From Octopus vulgaris (Eukaryota), in contig OX597814.1 of the NCBI GenBank assembly GCA_951406725.2, positions 67,022,001 through 67,086,000 of the forward strand: 64,000 nt of DNA, in the 5' to 3' direction. Shown here one piece after another: positions 1-11,737 of this stretch. Numbering within the stretch: the stretch's first letter is position 1; every line of letters begins with the position of its first letter. Made by a program: the position numbers and the translations under genes. A model generated the notes under the pieces. The model made no database searches. It had not been told where the DNA came from and saw nothing but the letters and a program-made list of their open reading frames with translations.

Positions 1-253
1 TTGACAACGATAATGATGCTAACTTTAACGACACTTTAGAAATTATTATGAAGTAATATAATGTACTATTGATTATGTATATTTGCATCTAGGTACTAAT
101 TTGTGTATGTTTGTTATCACAATATTAAGTCGAAAAACTGAGACATTGAGTGTAGAACACATATATATGTTTACTAATTTATATTATTTATTTATATCAT
201 TATGTAAATGTATATATATTTTTATATGTATAAGAGTGTGAGTATATGCACTC

Positions 254-311
<58 letters not shown>

Positions 312-314
312 TGT

Positions 315-336
315 GTACAGTGCTCAGGTGCACTAC
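315..336 (-). promoter_or_regulatory. 3'-terminal stem-loop of the LINE (putative RT recognition element)
   Basis: The minus strand reads UGUAGUGC-ACCUGA-GCACUGUA just before the (UUA)n tail. Confidence 0.5.
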
Positions 337-360
337 AACTCATCTAAAGTGTATATATAA

Positions 361-3210
361 TCAGGTGTAGTTTCGACGGATTTCGGGAAGCATGAGGGCC
401 TTAAAGGATGCAGTGTCATGGCAGTCAACAACTGATGCAGGCAGTTTATTCCACGCTTCAGCAACCCTGAGCGTGAAAAAATGTTTCCGAAAGTCATGGG
501 AGCTGTGCTGTTTTCTGACTTTGTAGGCATGTCCACGTGTGTTAGACACATGGAGATCAAAAAGGTGTTCAGTGTTGTTGTTGGTGAGGTGGTTGATAAC
601 CTTGTGGGTGTTTACCAAGTCCGTCGCCAGACGCCGGAGCTTCAGTGAATCCATGCCCAGGGAAACAAGGCACTCAGAATATGGTAGGTGTCTGATGGAG
701 GGTATGCGTTTGGTTGCACGTCTCTGGACAGATTCCAGGAGGTCAATGTTCTGAGCAAGATAGGGATTCCAAACTGATGATGCGAATTCCAAGTGTGGTC
801 GTACCATAGCTGTATACAGTTTTAAATAGATGGCTGGAGAGCGGCTAACAAAAGTCTTGCTGAGTGATGCCAAGACACCCTCGGCCTTCTTGACAATTTT
901 AGAGATATGCTTTGTCCAACGCAAATCACTGCTGACAGTGATGCCTAGGTCACGCTCGCAAGAGGATTTCTTGATATCAGTGTTGTGGAGGGAGTATGTG
1001 GACGCAGGGTTTTTTCTCCCAAAATGCATGGTGGTACACTTGTCCACAGCCAGTTTCAGTTGCCAGTCTGTGATCCATTGCTGCATTGTGTCTAGGTCTG
1101 ATTGCAGGAAAGAGTTGTAGACATCAGGATCAGTCCTCTTGATTTCAAGGTACAGCTTGATGTCGTCTGCATATTTCAATACTGTGGCATTCTTTAAATT
1201 GGCATCTATGTCATTAATGTATGCCACAAACAGGAGGGGACCAAGGACAGATCCCTGTGGTACACCCGATGACATCTCATATGGTGTAGAGTGCTGTCCT
1301 AGAACTGTGACTACCTCCTTTCGGCTGAGGATGAAGGATTTCAACCAGTTAAAAAGGTCATCCCCCACACTCATTGCAGAGAGTTTCACCATAAGCCTTT
1401 TGTGTGGCACAGAGTTGAAAGCCTTAGCAAAGTCAAGGTAGACAACATCCACCCATGAGCCACTGTCAGTGATCTGAGTAATGTCCTCAAGGAACTCGAC
1501 AAGCTGGTCACTGCAGCTGGAGTTAGGGACAAATCCATATTGTGAGGGTCGGATGAGACTGTGAGAGCTCCAGAAGTTCCAGAGTGTTTCTCTGACACAC
1601 GATTCCATCAGTTTTGCAATACAGCTAGTGAGACTGACTGGGCGATAGTTGACAGGTGATGTGCGGTCACCCTTTTTGAACAGAGGAATGACACTGGCAG
1701 TTTTCCACTGCTCCGGAGTAGCACCATTGTTGAGACAGTACTGGAAGAAAATAGAAAGCTGGTGTAAAAGGAAGTGCCTGCCACGTTTGAGAAGCAGGTA
1801 TGTAACTCCATCGAGACCAGGGGAGGCATAGTTGCGCTTATTTTGAAGGTGACGTCGCAGCATTGCAGGTGTAAATTCCATAGTTGTTATGGAGTTTGCT
1901 GTTAGTGATGGTGAAGATGGTACATTTTGACTTTCGACAGTGAATATGTTTGCATAGCACTCGGCAATGAGTTCTGCGCATTCCTTGGGGTCGTCAGTGA
2001 TCTGGTTCGTGTGAGGGTTGCGAAGAGGGCCCACTGGAGAGTGAGGTCCCTGCTTTGAATGCACATATTTCCAGAAAACCTTGCTGTCAGGATTGGCTGC
2101 TATGCACTGTTCAAATTCAAGCACTGCATTTTTTGTCACTTGCTTGAGATGGTTGGAGGATTTATTCCGCTTCTTCCTGTTGGTGTCTGATTTATGCAAC
2201 TTGTATTCCTGTTCAGCAGTCCGACGTTCCTTCCTGGCAAGTCGGACCGCTGAAGTTTCCCAAATTGCCCTTTTGGGGCGGTTCTTCTTTTTTTGTTTAC
2301 GTGGCACTGATGCTGCACATGCTGCCCATATTGAGTCCAGGATACTCTGGAGTATAGTATTCACATCTCCAGAGTTGTAGAATTCACGCCAGTTTGGGTG
2401 CTGTAGTTCAGTGTGGTACAGGTTCCAATCTGCTCTCTTCCAATCGAAGGAAGCAGATTGGAGATGGTTCAGGTGTTTGTTGCCCGCAAGAGCCAGATTG
2501 GCGATGATCATAGCATGATCAGAGTCACCTAGAGGTTCCTCCGTAGTGCAATTGATAACCGCTTCAGGAGTTGTGGTGAAGAGCAGGTCCAAGGTGTTGT
2601 CGCCTCTTGTTGGAGAGGTGACTACTTGTGACCAGTTTGAGTCCAGCACAAGCTCAACAAAATCGTTTGCACTCTGTGGCCAACGGAAGGTTTCCCAATC
2701 GATCTCAGGATGATTGAAATCGCCTGCAATAAACACATAAGTGGCTGTTTTCCTGGCTGCAGCTCGGAGGATGTTGCAAAGCTGTGTGTCCTGATGGTAA
2801 TTTGGGGGACGATAAACAACGCCAAGCAGGAGTGTTGACATGGTCATACATACGTCACAGAAAAAAACTTCTTCTTGTGATTCGTTCAAATCGGCACAAG
2901 GAATTACCAAAAAATTTGAACGAACGTAGACCATCACACCACCACCACGGCGGTTAGTGCGGTCCTTACGGAAGAGGTTGTACCCCGTGATGTTGAAAAC
3001 CCCATCACAGAGTAAGGAATGCGCCCATGTTTCCGTGACAGTGATGAAGTCAGGGTCAACACTTCTGACGTAGGCGTTGAACAAATGTATTTTGTTGCAT
3101 AAACTGCGAGCATTTAAGGACAACAATTTGTACCCTGCTCGCAGTTTATGATGGTGTGTGGAGGATGGCAGATTGTCCTGGCTTAGTTTCCCTGAGTTGC
3201 TGTAGTCTTT
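361..3210 (-). CDS. LINE ORF2: apurinic endonuclease + reverse transcriptase (open frame 3210-361, no initiator ATG)
   Basis: APE motifs SLNARSL, VTETW, GDFNHP, TLDLLF, SDH. RT motifs YRPVSLTS, LDFAKAF, GVPQGSVLGP, YADD. CR1/L2-type C-terminus RGH..K...RV..AWNKLP. No stops. Confidence 0.95.
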   Translation of the reverse strand, partial: KDYSNSGKLSQDNLPSSTHHHKLRAGYKLLSLNARSLCNKIHLFNAYVRSVDPDFITVTETWAHSLLCDGVFNITGYNLFRKDRTNRRGGGVMVYVRSNFLVIPCADLNESQEEVFFCDVCMTMSTLLLGVVYRPPNYHQDTQLCNILRAAARKTATYVFIAGDFNHPEIDWETFRWPQSANDFVELVLDSNWSQVVTSPTRGDNTLDLLFTTTPEAVINCTTEEPLGDSDHAMIIANLALAGNKHLNHLQSASFDWKRADWNLYHTELQHPNWREFYNSGDVNTILQSILDSIWAACAASVPRKQKKKNRPKRAIWETSAVRLARKERRTAEQEYKLHKSDTNRKKRNKSSNHLKQVTKNAVLEFEQCIAANPDSKVFWKYVHSKQGPHSPVGPLRNPHTNQITDDPKECAELIAECYANIFTVESQNVPSSPSLTANSITTMEFTPAMLRRHLQNKRNYASPGLDGVTYLLLKRGRHFLLHQLSIFFQYCLNNGATPEQWKTASVIPLFKKGDRTSPVNYRPVSLTSCIAKLMESCVRETLWNFWSSHSLIRPSQYGFVPNSSCSDQLVEFLEDITQITDSGSWVDVVYLDFAKAFNSVPHKRLMVKLSAMSVGDDLFNWLKSFILSRKEVVTVLGQHSTPYEMSSGVPQGSVLGPLLFVAYINDIDANLKNATVLKYADDIKLYLEIKRTDPDVYNSFLQSDLDTMQQWITDWQLKLAVDKCTTMHFGRKNPASTYSLHNTDIKKSSCERDLGITVSSDLRWTKHISKIVKKAEGVLASLSKTFVSRSPAIYLKLYTAMVRPHLEFASSVWNPYLAQNIDLLESVQRRATKRIPSIRHLPYSECLVSLGMDSLKLRRLATDLVNTHKVINHLTNNNTEHLFDLHVSNTRGHAYKVRKQHSSHDFRKHFFTLRVAEAWNKLPASVVDCHDTASFKALMLPEIRRNYT
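3098..3192 (-). promoter_or_regulatory. Candidate -1 programmed ribosomal frameshift signal (G_GGA_AAC + 6-nt spacer + pseudoknot)
   Basis: Heptamer at 3186-3192. Stem A pairs 3173-3179 with 3117-3123 (7 bp). Stem B pairs 3136-3150 with 3098-3112 (perfect 15 bp). Confidence 0.6.
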
Positions 3211-3514
3211 TTAGTTATTGTGGGTAGAGAGCACTCAGACCAGCTGGTATCTCTCTTCCACGTTTCATCAGTCTTGACAAATCACCAGATTTGTCCATCT
3301 TCCCGAAGACTGAAGCTTTCCTGTAGAGCTGAGTTCCTATTCAGGGAAGCCGCTACACGTAGCTTCGGACGTAGATCGGACGGTAAGCCTGGGCGTGTTC
3401 GGAAGGTGGTCCGATTTTCACGCCCAGCTTTAACTGAGGCCAGATGGTAAGAGGTTGCCTCAGTGTGGTCCGAAAAAGACAGCTTGATGAGCCTAGGTTT
3501 TGGGCCAGGTCGTC
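3183..3514 (-). pseudogene. C-terminal part of LINE ORF1 (one in-frame TGA at 3282-3284), ending ...TTATQGN*
   Basis: GRPGPKPRLIKLSF... resembles CR1/L2 ORF1 C-termini. The frame continues past the TGA as FVKTDETWKRDTSWSECSLPTITKKTTATQGN* and overlaps ORF2 in the -1 frame. Confidence 0.65.
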
Positions 3515-3595
3515 CATATGTATATGTATATGTTGTATTGTGGGTATGCACCCACACCCATGTGGGTACATATGTAGACTGAGTTATATTACATA

Positions 3596-3722
3596 ATCTC
3601 CGAAGAGGCCTTATGATATTTTTGTAAATGTCTCATTTATATCTATATATTGACCAACCATAAAGGGCTAATATTGGTATTATGAGACATACTTATCTAC
3701 ATGGCCGAAACATCTGTAAGAT
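3596..3722 (+). ncRNA. Hammerhead ribozyme motif (minimal type I, long stem II) in PLE-like terminal repeat
   Basis: AUCU-CCGAAGA-GGCC...(~90 nt, includes an AUGUCUCAU/AUGAGACAU stem)...GGCC-GAAA-CAUCUG-UA-AGAU. Confidence 0.7.
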
Positions 3723-3949
3723 ATAACCTATACTTATATTTATATTTACTTATATTTATCTCTTTTATATATATTCTACTTACTCTTTTATGTACACTTT
3801 TTTATGTACATTCCTTTATGTACACTGATTTGTTCTGCTTTTTATATTTAACCCTACAGTCTCTTATGTGGTGGTTTAATAAAGTATGTGATTGAGTATT
3901 ATCTGGTAATTGATATTTGATTTAGATGTATTTCTCCATTTTCTTATCT

Positions 3950-3997
<48 letters not shown>

Positions 3998-4099
3998 CCT
4001 ACCTCACGGCAAGAGTCGCAAATATATATACATATATGTATATATATATATAGCCTTGTGAGTGGATATGGTTGACGGAAACTGAAAAATTCCGTCGTT

Positions 4100-4179
<80 letters not shown>

Positions 4180-4183
<4 letters not shown>

Positions 4184-4795
4184 CGCAGGAGTGGCTGTGT
4201 GGTAAGTAGCTTGCTAACCAACCACATAGTTCCGGGTTCAGTCCCACAGCATGGCATCTTGGGCAAGTGTCTTCTGCTATAGCCCCGGGCCGACCAATGT
4301 CTTGTGAGTGGATTTGGTAGACGAAAACTGAAAGAAGCCTGTCGTATATATATATATGTATGTGTGTGTGTGTTTGTGTGTCTGTGTGTCCCCCTAGCAT
4401 TGCTTGACAACCGATGCTGGTGTGTTTACGTCCCCGTCACTTAGCGGTTCGGCAAAAGAAGCCGATAGAATAAGTACTCGGCTTACAAAGAATAAGTCCC
4501 GGGGTCGATTTGCTCGACTAAAGACGGTGCTCCAGCATGGCCGCAGTCGAATGACTGAAACAAGTAAAAGAGTATATGTGTGTGTATGTGTGTATGCTTC
4601 TGTGTCTGTGTTTGTTCTCCTACCATCCCTGACAACCGATGTTTGTATGTTTATGTCCCCGTAACGTAGCGGTTCTGCAAAAGAGACCCATAGAATAAGT
4701 ACTGGGTTTACAAAAAATAAGTCCTGGGTTCGATTTGTTCGAATAAAGGTAGTACTCAGTATGGCCGCAGTCAAATGACAGAAACAAATAAAAGA

Positions 4796-4796
<1 letters not shown>
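4180..4796 (+). mobile_element. tRNA-derived octopus SINE (family A) plus tandem duplicate of its 3' half
   Basis: A-box-like TGGCTGTGTGGTAAG, B-box-like GGTTCAGTCCC, CORE-like CTTGGGCAAGTG, internal TA/TG microsatellite, 3' tail CAGCATGGCCGCAGTC..GACTGAAACAAGTAAAAGAG. Confidence 0.9.
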
Positions 4797-4836
<40 letters not shown>

Positions 4837-5846
4837 GAAGAAGAAAAGTGTATTAGTTTGACGTTTTGAGCCTTTGCACTTCTACAGAAAAGAATGAAGA
4901 AGGAAAAGAGATGAAGAGAGGAAAGACAGTGAGCCAAAGAAAAGACGTTTCTGGATTAACGGTTACACATGTTGAATATGCATATAGAACACACACACAC
5001 ACACACACATACATCCATCGATCCATACAAACATACATGCATGCATACATACATACATACATACATACATACATACATACATACATACATACATACATAC
5101 ATACTATATGCATATGTATGTATTTGTATATTTATATACGTATATGTTTATGCATGTATATATATATATGCACATTTATGTGTGCGTATGTAAATATACA
5201 TACATACATTCATACATACATATGTATTGTGTAAACATTATACATGTAGGTAGGTAGGTTTCTATTTATGTAAATCAACTCAACATGGCACTAAGTCAAC
5301 TGACCTCTGAATTTTATAACTCTGTCATTTAATCTCTTCGCTATTAAATCATTAAATTTGGTCCAATTTGTGGAGATGGCTGTCAAATTATTTAGTTTTC
5401 TTTCAGTGTTTTTAACATTCTTTCATTGTTGATTTCAATTATGATCTAAGATCTTGATAGTTTACCCTAAAGTTTAGCATATGTAGGTCAGTGACTTCTA
5501 CATACGCTTTAGCACGTCTTCTTGCTTACTTCTCTACTTTTTCCGTCGTGTTACATACTTTCCTTTTCCTTCTGTTCCCCCAACACTCTGTTGGCGATGA
5601 AAATGTGCTTGAATATCTAAATGGATCGTTGAGTCACCAACGAAGGGTCGTCTTGCTGAAATATGTCAAAGGCAGTCGTTAGAACATCAGAAAGAATGCT
5701 TTAAATAATTATTCATTCCTCTCTCTCTGTTCCCTTAGTTAGATTCCGGTAAGGTCAACTTCAACATTCACTCTTTCGGAGGTTTAAGAAGTACTAATGT
5801 CAATTCTTTTGTTTCTGTCTGTCTATTAGTTTGTTTGTCCCAACTA

Positions 5847-5932
<86 letters not shown>

Positions 5933-6126
5933 GTTAAATTAATAATAGAAGGGTAAAATTTATTAATCAGATTAATTAATTAATTAATCAATCAATTAAC
6001 AATTTTATCAAGTAATTTTACCCAGCATGGCCGCGGCCTTCGGGCTAGAACATTTTTATGGATTTAAGGATTTAAGGAAGTAGATCAGTACGTTAAAATA
6101 ACCTTTATAGGTAAAATTATCCACAT

Positions 6127-6478
6127 AATTATAATTAGGGTTCAGCTAACTGCTTCCCTACAGACCGAAATTAGAAATAGGAGTTTAAAATTCCTTTTCT
6201 GCTACTATAAGAATCTCCATGACGGTAAACATACTTTTTACGAAGGCAAAGAGAAAAACAATGAATCAACACGACCAGTATTAATTATATACTTTAATCT
6301 CGAAACGCGTATATAATTAATCCTGGTCGTGTTGATTCATTGTTTTTCTCTTTGCCTTCGTAAAAAGAGTATGTTTACCGTCATCGGGATTCTTATAGTA
6401 GCAGAAAAGGAATTTTTAACTCCTATTTCAAATTTCGGTATGTGGTGAAGCAGTTAGCTGAACCCTAATTATAATTAT
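6127..6478. repeat. Fold-back inverted repeat (~165-bp arms, 16-nt loop), PLE terminal-repeat-like
   Basis: 6127-6292 is the reverse complement of 6309-6478 with scattered mismatches. The loop/arm junction reads CGAAACGCGTA, the 3' half of a PLE-type hammerhead. Confidence 0.85.
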
Positions 6479-7433
6479 ATATATACATATATTGTTAAAT
6501 GTATATACTAATGTACATGCTTTGTCTATTTTCCTGTGGTTGCAATGGCGTGGAGAAGTATATAACTCTCATGTCGCCGGTGTTAAAACACCTCAGAGCC
6601 GTGGACAGGCGAGATAACTCACCCTCAATCCCATTTGGGAATAACAGACATCGATGTTTCGCCATTTTTGTGGCTTATCCATCCCTTCTTCGTTAATCGC
6701 AGTCTACATTTCCACCTCACTGTCTTGCTACATCTGGAGACTGGGGGACAATCGAATCGACTTCTAGAATGCCATTTGGAACAGACCTCCTTATTCAATT
6801 GAAAATTGTAATTTCCAACTCTGCCTCTATAAGAAAATGCACAGACACCACCAGACCGCAATATTTATCAACAGGAAATGATCTTTCTTATTACTACCGC
6901 TTCGTTAATGGCACAAAAATACTGGCTGAGAATACAATTCCTGCTGTCATTAAAGGGTACAGCCTTCGCATATTGTAATCAATTGCTCCCTTCGTGATAA
7001 CTTCTGCGACTAAAATGTCAAAAATATCTAACCCAGCAGAATTACTACTAATTGATAACGTCTTGTATAACTCACCACATGTAGTATCCAATGTAAGGAA
7101 CTGATGCCGCTGGACATATCGTCCTGTAGAATGCCAACAAAGTGACACCAACATCCTGTCTGTTCCACCACTTAGACTTAACAATAAAATAACTGACGGT
7201 GATATGAGAGTAAAATATCCGCATGACCTGAACTGACCAATGGATGCCTAAATACCGAGAAGTCATTTGATTTTTGATTTTGATTTTTCCAGTTTCAGCC
7301 TATGAGCTGTGGCCATGCTGGGGCACCGCCATTTTGTTAATTTCTTTTATATTCTTTCTAATCCTTCTACAAAGATTTAATGAAGTGAACATGTTCGACG
7401 CCCACAAAAAAAAAACATATATATGAATTAAGA

Positions 7434-7825
7434 TAGGCGCAGCAGTGGCTGTGTGATAAGTAGCTTGCTTACTAACACATGGTTCCGAGTTCAGTCCCAC
7501 TGCGTGGCACCTTCTACTATGGCCTCGGGCTGGCCAAAGCCTTGAGAGTAGATTTGGTAGACGGAAACTGAAAGAAACCCGTCGTATATATGTATATGTA
7601 TATGTGTGTGTTTGTGTATCTATATTCCCCCCCTCCCCATCATTGCTTGACAACCAATGCTGGTGTGTTTACCTCCACGTAACTTAGCGGTTCGGCAAAA
7701 GTGGCCGATAAAATAAGTACTAGGCTTACAAAGAATAATTCCTGGGGTCAATTTGCTCGACTAAATGCGGTGCTCCAGCATGGCCGCAGTTAAATGACTG
7801 AACAAGTAAAATAGTCAAAGAGTAA
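7434..7825 (+). mobile_element. SINE family A
   Basis: Same head, core and tail as 4180-4571. Confidence 0.9.
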
Positions 7826-7999
7826 GATACACATTTGTTGAGTATGACATTCTCACAAGCTGGTAACTGAAGTTATATACCTATCACTAAAGAATTCAAT
7901 ATATATACGCTAACCTCGAAAGGTATATTTTATTTCGCTAAAACTACTCCTAAACTAGTTAGAAAATAGTTATGAATTTGACCAATTATGAATACTTAC

Positions 8000-9125
8000 T
8001 GATTCTAGAGGAAGGGTCAGGGCCCCTGGCCTTGGTAGACCATTCCTAGACTGGTGACACTGATATCAATAATGATCTTATTGAATCTTCGTAAGACAAC
8101 ACGTGCAGGAAAATCATGTGCAAGGAGGGGTATTCCAAACAGCCGGTATACTGTGAAAAAGGTTTGGATGCAGAGTCAAGTGCGGATGTTGGTGGAGGAG
8201 AGAGAAGTTGGGTAGAAGTACTTGAGTAGAAGTGGAATGAGCTCAGCCAGATCCGAAGAGCTATGAGTATTACAGAAGCAGTAGGAAATGCAGAGTGAAG
8301 AGGTATGTGTGTAACCGTAGGTTGAGAGATGCTTGTGAGTGACTTTGTGTATGCAATTTAGAATGACTGTGTGTGCAGCATCAACACTATTCCAGATGTA
8401 AGAACAATACGTCATTTTGGGCTTCATCTGAGTTTTATAGAGTATCAGTAATTGTTGGTAAGGATGAAGTATCTTCTGGCTCTGAAGAGAAGTGCTGGTC
8501 GCTGGATGCGGTTAAAAGTGTGCTTTCATCAGGAAATATTCTCATAAATAGTGAGCCCTGACAATTGTTTTTAAGAGTGTGTGGTGGAACGGTGTTGTCT
8601 TCATATGAAGAAAAGCCATTTGTGCTCTATTGCAGTTGAAAGAAATAAGATTGGCATATTCCTATGAGAAGATGTTTTCATGGTCTCTATTCATAGAATT
8701 TAGTGTGGTGTCAAGATAGAGAGTGGCTAATGCATTATAGAAAGGAATATAGAATAGTTTCACTTGCGTAAGAGTGCCTTGTTGAACGTAGCTGCAAATA
8801 AGTTATTGATGTGTTGCATGAAAAGTGGGGACAAAACCGAATCTTGAGGCACGCTAGAGCTGATAGACTGGTGGAACAGAAAAAGCTCTATCGACTCACA
8901 TGGGATGCGATCTGACATGAAGTTACCGATCCAAAATGATAAGAAACGAGTGGAGCTCGTAGGTGGGCAGTTTTGATAGCTTTACTTGGCAGACACAGTC
9001 GCAAGCCTTTTTGATAGTATTGCTTTCACCAAATTTGTCCAAGGCCAGAGCCCACTCGCGTGTGACAGAGGAGAATAGAGCACCAGTAGATTTGGCTTTA
9101 ACAAAACCGAACACTTGGTCACTAC

Positions 9126-9167
<42 letters not shown>

Positions 9168-9420
9168 GGTGGACGTCGTTGTGAGAGGTTGTCTTCATTA
9201 CCATAGAGATATTACGAAGTGAGTGCGAAAACGTGATAATTGGATGGGTCAGAGAGGTTGTTTGCCTTTTGAATGGAGTTCGGTGTAGAGTGTTTCTAAA
9301 AGATCAGACTAGATCTGTGTGGGGAGAGAAACACAGAAGTTTTTGGTAAATGTAAAGGCTAGTTTTCGGGCGCAATGTTTACCAGTAGTGAAAGGGACAC
9401 CGCTAGGATTAGCTACCTAG
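8000..9420 (-). mobile_element. Decayed Jockey/CR1-like LINE RT fragment
   Basis: Remnants WALALDKFGES..KACD.V...LSKLPTY and PKMTYCSYIW...CSSDLAELIP-like; many stops and frameshifts. Confidence 0.6.
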
Positions 9421-9463
9421 TTGGTTTGAGGTAATAGAAGTACTACTGCATTTGCTGTACGTA

Positions 9464-9573
<110 letters not shown>

Positions 9574-11354
9574 CAATGTGGTGTATTTGAAAATGTGGAA
9601 AGAAACAGAATTAGAGTAGACTTGCAGTCACAGAACGATTGTGTTGTAAAGTGGAAGAAAAAATGAGTTCTGCAAAATTACTGAAATTCTTTAAGTAAGA
9701 AACCAAAAGGGTCGATCACAGAAGTTAAAAGAGGAAGGATAGGAAAACAGAAACGTTTGAATACACATTGGTGATGAGTTTAATACTATGCATTAAGATT
9801 GTCAAGATTTTTGTTGTTTATTATTTCTTAAAACCAGCAAAAACCAGCTTAATAACCCCTTGTCCTAAATGACCTGACAAAGTTATATAAAACGCACTCC
9901 TGTTCCTCCTTCTCCTCTCCGAAATGTGCAGGATTACATTTCGTGTCTGATATGTCAAATGAAACCTGATGACATAGCATCAATTTCTCAAGAGGTGAAC
10001 TTTAATCCGCTATGATAGTGTGATGTCGTATAAGTAAACTGAAATAATATCAATAGATATTGTACTGAAGGAACAAACTCTAGTGTTTGATCTCGGCTTG
10101 AGACTGGATAGTTTCTGAAAGGTGTGTGATAGGTTACACAAAGATTTTGTCTTTTAGCGTGAAGTTTACTTCGAGAGCAACGACCCAATTAATGCATCAG
10201 GTTACGTGATGACACAACAATTTGCAAGACACAAATAAATATATGAGTGGGTGCATCTGTGAGAGAGGAACAGAGAGAGGTCGTATGTGTGGGGAGAAAT
10301 GGGGAGAGATTGGATGAAACATTGAACATCATAGGTCTACAGATTTGTTATTATCTATCTCAAAGTTGGCCCTGAACAATAAATTTATGACTAAAAGTAT
10401 TCTAGTAGATCGAGCCACCACACACAGACTCCTGCTTGTTAAGAATGCCTCAGTTTCCCAACTGTCAGAAATAGTTACTGGATGTTCGGTAAAACAATTA
10501 GCATGGATGACCAACCATCCATAGACCAATTTGATCACGAAATGTCAAACAACTCACATTATTAATGGCATTCGAGCATGGTATACATAAGTATTTACCC
10601 TTTATAAATATATATATATATATGTTCATGCGTGTATGTGTGTACGTGTGTTTCTCTTCATGTACATCAAAACATACATACGCACGCACACACACACACA
10701 CTCACTCATATATATATATATGTTTGTGTAATACATATATACATATATATGAGTGTGTGTGCGTGCGTGCGTGCGTGCGTGCGTATTTATGTGTTTGTGG
10801 CCTTGTGGACTAGCGTCCTTCCGCATAATGCAGTACAGGGGAAATCAGAATCAGAGATGCTTTACCTCACGCAGAAACTGCAGTAACTATTCAGATGTAT
10901 TACAAACACTTTTATCAGAATTCATCACATCAGAAGATCTTCCGTATCTTCAGAATCTTCCATATCTCAGGGTCTCAAGCGTTTAGTCCCTTAATTTGTT
11001 CGCTTCGTGTGGGTGGGGCAGCTAGGAATGTATTTGTCTTTGCCAGCGGAAGGGTTACACTTGCAGTCTCTTGTCAACCACAACCAGCTTGAACTGCTTT
11101 CAGTTGCCGGCCTCCTTGGTGCCTTTGCTCAGCTTTCTGAGTTTCAGACCAATCTTTTGCAAGAATGCATTTCTCAAATGCATTTCTGTGCAAAACATTA
11201 ATTATAGACACAAAATGGTTGAACCCAGGTTTTATAATTATATAAATGTACAATTCAAGTTTTATATATTTAAACAAGCCGATACTTTACACGATTTGAG
11301 TATCAATTTGTTTCCCACGCATATACATTTGTGTGTGTTTGAGTATGTGTGTGT

Positions 11355-11395
<41 letters not shown>

Positions 11396-11737
11396 TGTGC
11401 GCGCGTGTGTGAAAGAGAGAGACAGACAGAGAAAGAGTGTGTGTGTGTGTATGCATGTGTGTGAGTGTTAATTTGGAGAGCATAGACTTTACATGCATGT
11501 GCAACAGCTAGTCTTCCCCTTAACATTTTACCCACCCTCTACTTACATGCGCAGATGCATAGTCAACAATGATTAAAGGGGTGGGGTCGTACATCTAATA
11601 TAAGTAAATACTTTTAGTAAATACGTTTAGATCGAGAACAAATAGTGAATACATCATAGAACCTCAAAAATGCAATTTCGTCAGAATCATTGTACAGCGT
11701 CAAACAAATTGCCTTCCTATATTTCTTCCAACTCGAT

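Larger units (their letters stand above)
258..3514 (-). mobile_element. 5'-truncated CR1/L2-group LINE with intact ORF2, (TTA)n 3' tail and candidate CATAT target-site duplication
   Basis: ORF1 C-terminal remnant, then APE-RT ORF2, a ~50-nt 3'UTR and a (TTA)n tail (258-311). CATAT lies at 253-257 and 3515-3519. Confidence 0.93.

Noticed and set aside
539-2380. Several plus-strand ORFs overlapping the LINE
   Set aside because: Antisense shadows of ORF2 with no independent motifs
4180-4260. tRNA-like A/B boxes
   Set aside because: These are SINE heads; no complete cloverleaf or acceptor stem
9965-9971. Isolated CTGATGA motifs (also ~30254, ~33484, ~54905)
   Set aside because: No properly placed stem II, GAAA, UH and stem I could be built
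10800-11200. Complex segment with PCTALCG on the minus strand, perhaps a transposase Cys-rich tail
   Set aside because: Too decayed to assign
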